A DNA stretch of 64,000 bases. Origin: Nemertoderma westbladi. Taxonomy: Eukaryota > Animalia > Xenacoelomorpha. Each line of letters opens with the position of its first letter. Position 1 is the first letter of the stretch. The position numbers and the translations under genes are program-made. Below, piece after piece: positions 59,992-64,000 of the stretch. The notes beneath the pieces are model-generated. The model did no database searches and was not told the DNA's origin. It saw only the letters and a program-made list of their open reading frames with translations. The stretch spans positions 62,001 to 126,000 of the forward strand of contig JAUCBJ010007053.1 in NCBI GenBank assembly GCA_032718475.1, read 5' to 3'.

Positions 59992-60752
59992 GTAGCACCC
60001 CCAAATTGAACCTCACATTTTTGTGTCTCTGGACCATAAAATTGGGTGAAAATTATTTTTTGTGCTACTAAACATCGTCTGGACTGTTTGTTAATAACCA
60101 AACCAAATATTTTTAAAATTGGCCCCAAAATGGCTCCGTAATGGCCAAAAGTGCGTTTTTGCACCAAGGGCTATTTCTCCACCAATATTTGTTGAAATTT
60201 GTCGAAATTTGGAATATGGGTTCAGAAGAACCATGCATCCAATTCTTCTGAACAAATGTTGCCACAAATGCTCTGGAGCCTTTTTAGAACAAAAAGGCCC
60301 CAAAAAAGGAGAAGTATTGAGAAGGGTAATCTTAACAAGTGTACCAAATTTCAACTCATTTCAGTTAAAATTGGCGCATATATGTTTCATGAAAAAACGT
60401 CGTTCTGAGATATGGGTGTTTAAAGTTTAAGGAACAATTCAAACCTTCCCGCTATTTTAGATAATACCATTTTTCTATGTTCAACAATAACTTTGTCAAA
60501 AATGAATGAAATTCAACGAAATTTTTCATGATTGCTAAACATATAACTAGTAAAACAACTTTCTGTACAATTGTAAAATATAGTGCTGCTCGAAGGCTTT
60601 TCAAAAATCAGACTAGCTCTTACGTTTTGGGTAATAACTTGAGTTTGAGAAAAGATATGAGAAAACTGCTTGCAGATTTGAAATCTCCATTAAATTTGGC
60701 ACATGATAGAATAAAAAAACTTTTTTGTCAATTTGCAAAATAGGGGGTGCTA
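59992..60752. mobile_element. Non-autonomous DNA transposon
   Basis: Inverted termini gtagcaccccc ... gggggtgctac; internal ccaaatttc / aaatttgg motifs. Confidence 0.55.
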
Positions 60753-60778
60753 CCACCCCACCCCCCCCCCCCCCCCCC

Positions 60779-63700
60779 TTAATTCATTTCTTCCTGTCCC
60801 GTAAGTTTATCGCCTATTTAATTCTTCCTATCCCGTAGTTTATCGCCTATTTAATTCTTCCTGTCCCGTAGTTTATCGCCTATTTAATTCTTCCTATCCC
60901 GTAGTTTATCACCTATTTAATTCTTCCTATCCCGTAGTTTATCGCCTATTTAATTCTTCCTATCCCGTAAGTTTATCGCGTATTTAATTCTTCCTATCCC
61001 GTAGTTTATCGCCTATTTAATTCTTCCTATCCCGTAGTTTATCACCTATTTAATTCTTCCTATCCCGTAGTTTATCACCTATTTAATTCTTCCTGTCCCG
61101 TAGTTTATCGCCTATTTAATTCTTCCTATCCTGTAGTTTATCACCTATTTAATTCTTCCTGTCCCGTAGTTTATCGCCTATTTAATTCTTCCTATCCCGT
61201 AGTTTATCACCTATTTAATTCTTCCTATCCCGTAGTTTATCGCCTATTTAATTCTTCCTATCCCGTAAGTTTATCGCGTATTTAATTCTTCCTATCCCGT
61301 AGTTTATCGCCTATTAATTCTTCCTATCCCGTAGTTTATCACCTATTAATTCTTTCTGTCCTGTAGTTTATCGCCTATTTAATTCTTCCTATCCCGTAGT
61401 TTATCGCCTATTTAATTCTTCCTATCCCGTAGTTTATCACCTATTTAATTCTTCCTGTCCCGTAGTTTATCGCCTATTTAATTCTTCCTATCCTGTAGTT
61501 TATCGCCTATTTAATTCTTCCTGTCCCGTAAGTTTATCACCTATTTAATTCTTTCTATCCCGTTGTTTATCACCTATTTAATTATTCCTGTCCCGTAAGT
61601 TTATCACCTATTTAATTCTTCCTATCCCGTAGTTTATCACCTATTAATTCTTTCTGTCCTGTAGTTTATCGCTTATTTAATTCTTCCTATCCCGTAGTTT
61701 ATCGCCTATTTAATTCTTCCTATCCCGTAGTTTATCGCCTATTTAATTCTTCCTATCCCGTAGTTTATCACCTATTTAATTCTTCGTATCCCGTAGTTTA
61801 TCACCTATTTAATTCTTCCTGTCCCGTAGTTTATCACCTATTTAATTCTTCCTATCCCGTAGTTTATCGCCTATTTAATTTTTCCTATCCCGTAGTTTAT
61901 CGCCTATTTAATTCTTCCTGTCCCGTAGTTTATCGCCTATTTAATTCTTCCTATCCCGTAGTTTATCGCCTATTTAATTCTTCCTATCCCGTAGTTTATC
62001 ACCTATTAATTCTTTCTGTCCCGTAAGTTTATCGCCTATTTAATTCTTCCTGTCCCGTAAGTTTATCGCCTATTTAATTCTTCCTATCCCGTAGTTTATC
62101 GCCTATTTAATTCTTCCTATCCCGTAGTTTATCGCCTATTTAATTCTTCCTATCCCGTAAGTTTATCGCGTATTTAATTCTTCGTATCCCGTAGTTTATC
62201 GCCTATTTAATTCTTCCTATCCCGTAGTTTATCGCCTATTTAATTCTTCCTATCCCGTAGTTTATCACCTATTTAATTCTTCCTATCCCGTAGTTTATCG
62301 CCTATTTAATTCTTCCTGTCCCGTAAGTTTATCACCTATTTAATTCTTCCTATCCCGTAGTTTATCACCTATTAATTCTTCCTGTCCCGTAGTTTATCGC
62401 CTATTTAATTCTTCCTATCCCGTAGTTTATCACCTATTTAATTCTTCCTATCCCGTAGTTTATCACCTATTTAATTCTTCCTATCCCGTAGTTTATCACC
62501 TATTAATTCTTCCTATCCCGTAGTTTATCGCCTATTTAATTCTTCCTGTCCCGTAAGTTTATCGCCTATTTAATTCTTCCTATCCCGTAGTTTATCGCCT
62601 ATTTAATTCTTCCTGTCCCGTAAGTTTATCGCCTATTTAATTCTTCCTATCCCGTAGTTTATCGCCTATTTAATTCTTCCTATCCCGTAGTTTATCACCT
62701 ATTAATTCTTCCTATCCCGTAGTTTATCGCCTATTTAATTCTTCCTGTCCCGTAAGTTTATCGCCTATTTAATTCTTCCTATCCCGTAGTTTATCACCTA
62801 TTTAATTCTTCCTATCCCGTAGTTTATCACCTATTTAATTCTTCCTATCCCGTAGTTTATCACCTATTTAATTCTTCCTGTCCCGTAAGTTTATCACCTA
62901 TTTAATTCTTCCTATCCCGTTGTTTATCGCCTATTTAATTCTTCCTATCCCGTAAGTTTATCACCTATTTAATTCTTCCTATCCCGTAGTTTATCGCGTA
63001 TTTAATTCTTCCTGTCCCGTAAGTTTATCGCCTATTTAATTCTTCCTATCCCGTAGTTTATCACCTATTTAATTCTTCCTGTCCCGTAAGTTTATCACCT
63101 ATTTAATTCTTCCTATCCCGTAGTTTATCACCTATTTAATTCTTCCTGTCCCGTAAGTTTATCACCTATTTAATTCTTCCTATCCCGTTGTTTATCGCCT
63201 ATTTAATTCTTCCTGTCCCGTAAGTTTATCGCCTATTTAATTCTTCCTATCCCGTAGTTTATCACCTATTTAATTCTTCCTATCCCGTAGTTTATCGCCT
63301 ATTTAATTCTTCCTATCCCGTAGTTTATCACCTATTTAATTCTTCCTGTCCCGTAAGTTTATCACCTATTTAATTCTTCCTATCCCGTTGTTTATCGCCT
63401 ATTTAATTCTTCCTGTCCCGTAAGTTTATCGCCTATTTAATTCTTCCTATCCCGTAGTTTATCACCTATTTAATTCTTCCTATCCCGTAGTTTATCGCCT
63501 ATTTAATTCTTCCTGTCCCGTAAGTTTATCGCCTATTTAATTCTTCCTATCCCGTAGTTTATCACCTATTTAATTCTTCCTGTCCCGTAAGTTTATCACC
63601 TATTAAATTCTTCCTATCCCGTTGTTTATCACCTATTTAATTCTTCCTGTCCCGTAAGTTTATCGCCTATTTAATTCTTCCTATCCCGTAGTTTATCGCC

Positions 63701-64000
63701 TATTTAATTCTTCCTATCCCGTAGTTTATCACCTATTAATTCTTCCTGTCCCGTAAGTTTATCGCCTATTTAATTCTTCCTATCCCGTAAGTTTATCGCC
63801 TATTTAATTCTTCCTATCCCGTAGTTTATCACCTATTTAATTATTCCTGTCCCGTAAGTTTATCACCTATTTAATTCTTCCTATCCCGTAGTTTATCACC
63901 TATTAATTCTTCCTGTCCCGTAAGTTTATCGCCTATTTAATTCTTCCTATCCCGTAGTTTATCGCCTATTTAATTCTTCCTGTCCCGTAGTTTATCGCCT
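60779..64000. repeat. 33-bp satellite aattcttcctatcccgtagtttatcgcctattt, continuing past the window end
   Basis: Direct reading; 32-34-bp variants. Confidence 0.97.

Overview
Repeat-dense, AT-rich eukaryotic genomic DNA, probably from an invertebrate animal. Three host-type genes are visible. (1) A 7.2-kb intronless ORF (6613-13845) encodes a mostly low-complexity S/P-rich protein with an embedded DEK-like pseudo-SAP/SAP domain. (2) A spliced + strand gene encodes an EGF-like domain followed by several transmembrane helices; six exons were traced by hand from 27351 to 39557, and the rest was not found in the window. (3) An intronless IMPAD1/BPNT2 (gPAPP) gene lies antisense inside that gene's first coding intron. 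The remainder is at least five substantial LINEs plus LINE and Penelope fragments, many MITE-like DNA transposons, and about ten unrelated tandem arrays. The most unusual element is a ~6.5-kb LINE inserted in a 31-bp satellite. Its 5' coding region carries a SAP-like domain, a 10-aa tandem repeat and a frameshifted Ulp1/SENP-like protease remnant ahead of a CR1-type ORF1. Two other LINEs have an ATG-less ORF2 joined to ORF1 by candidate recoding signals. All family assignments come from reading motifs by eye; no searches were run.
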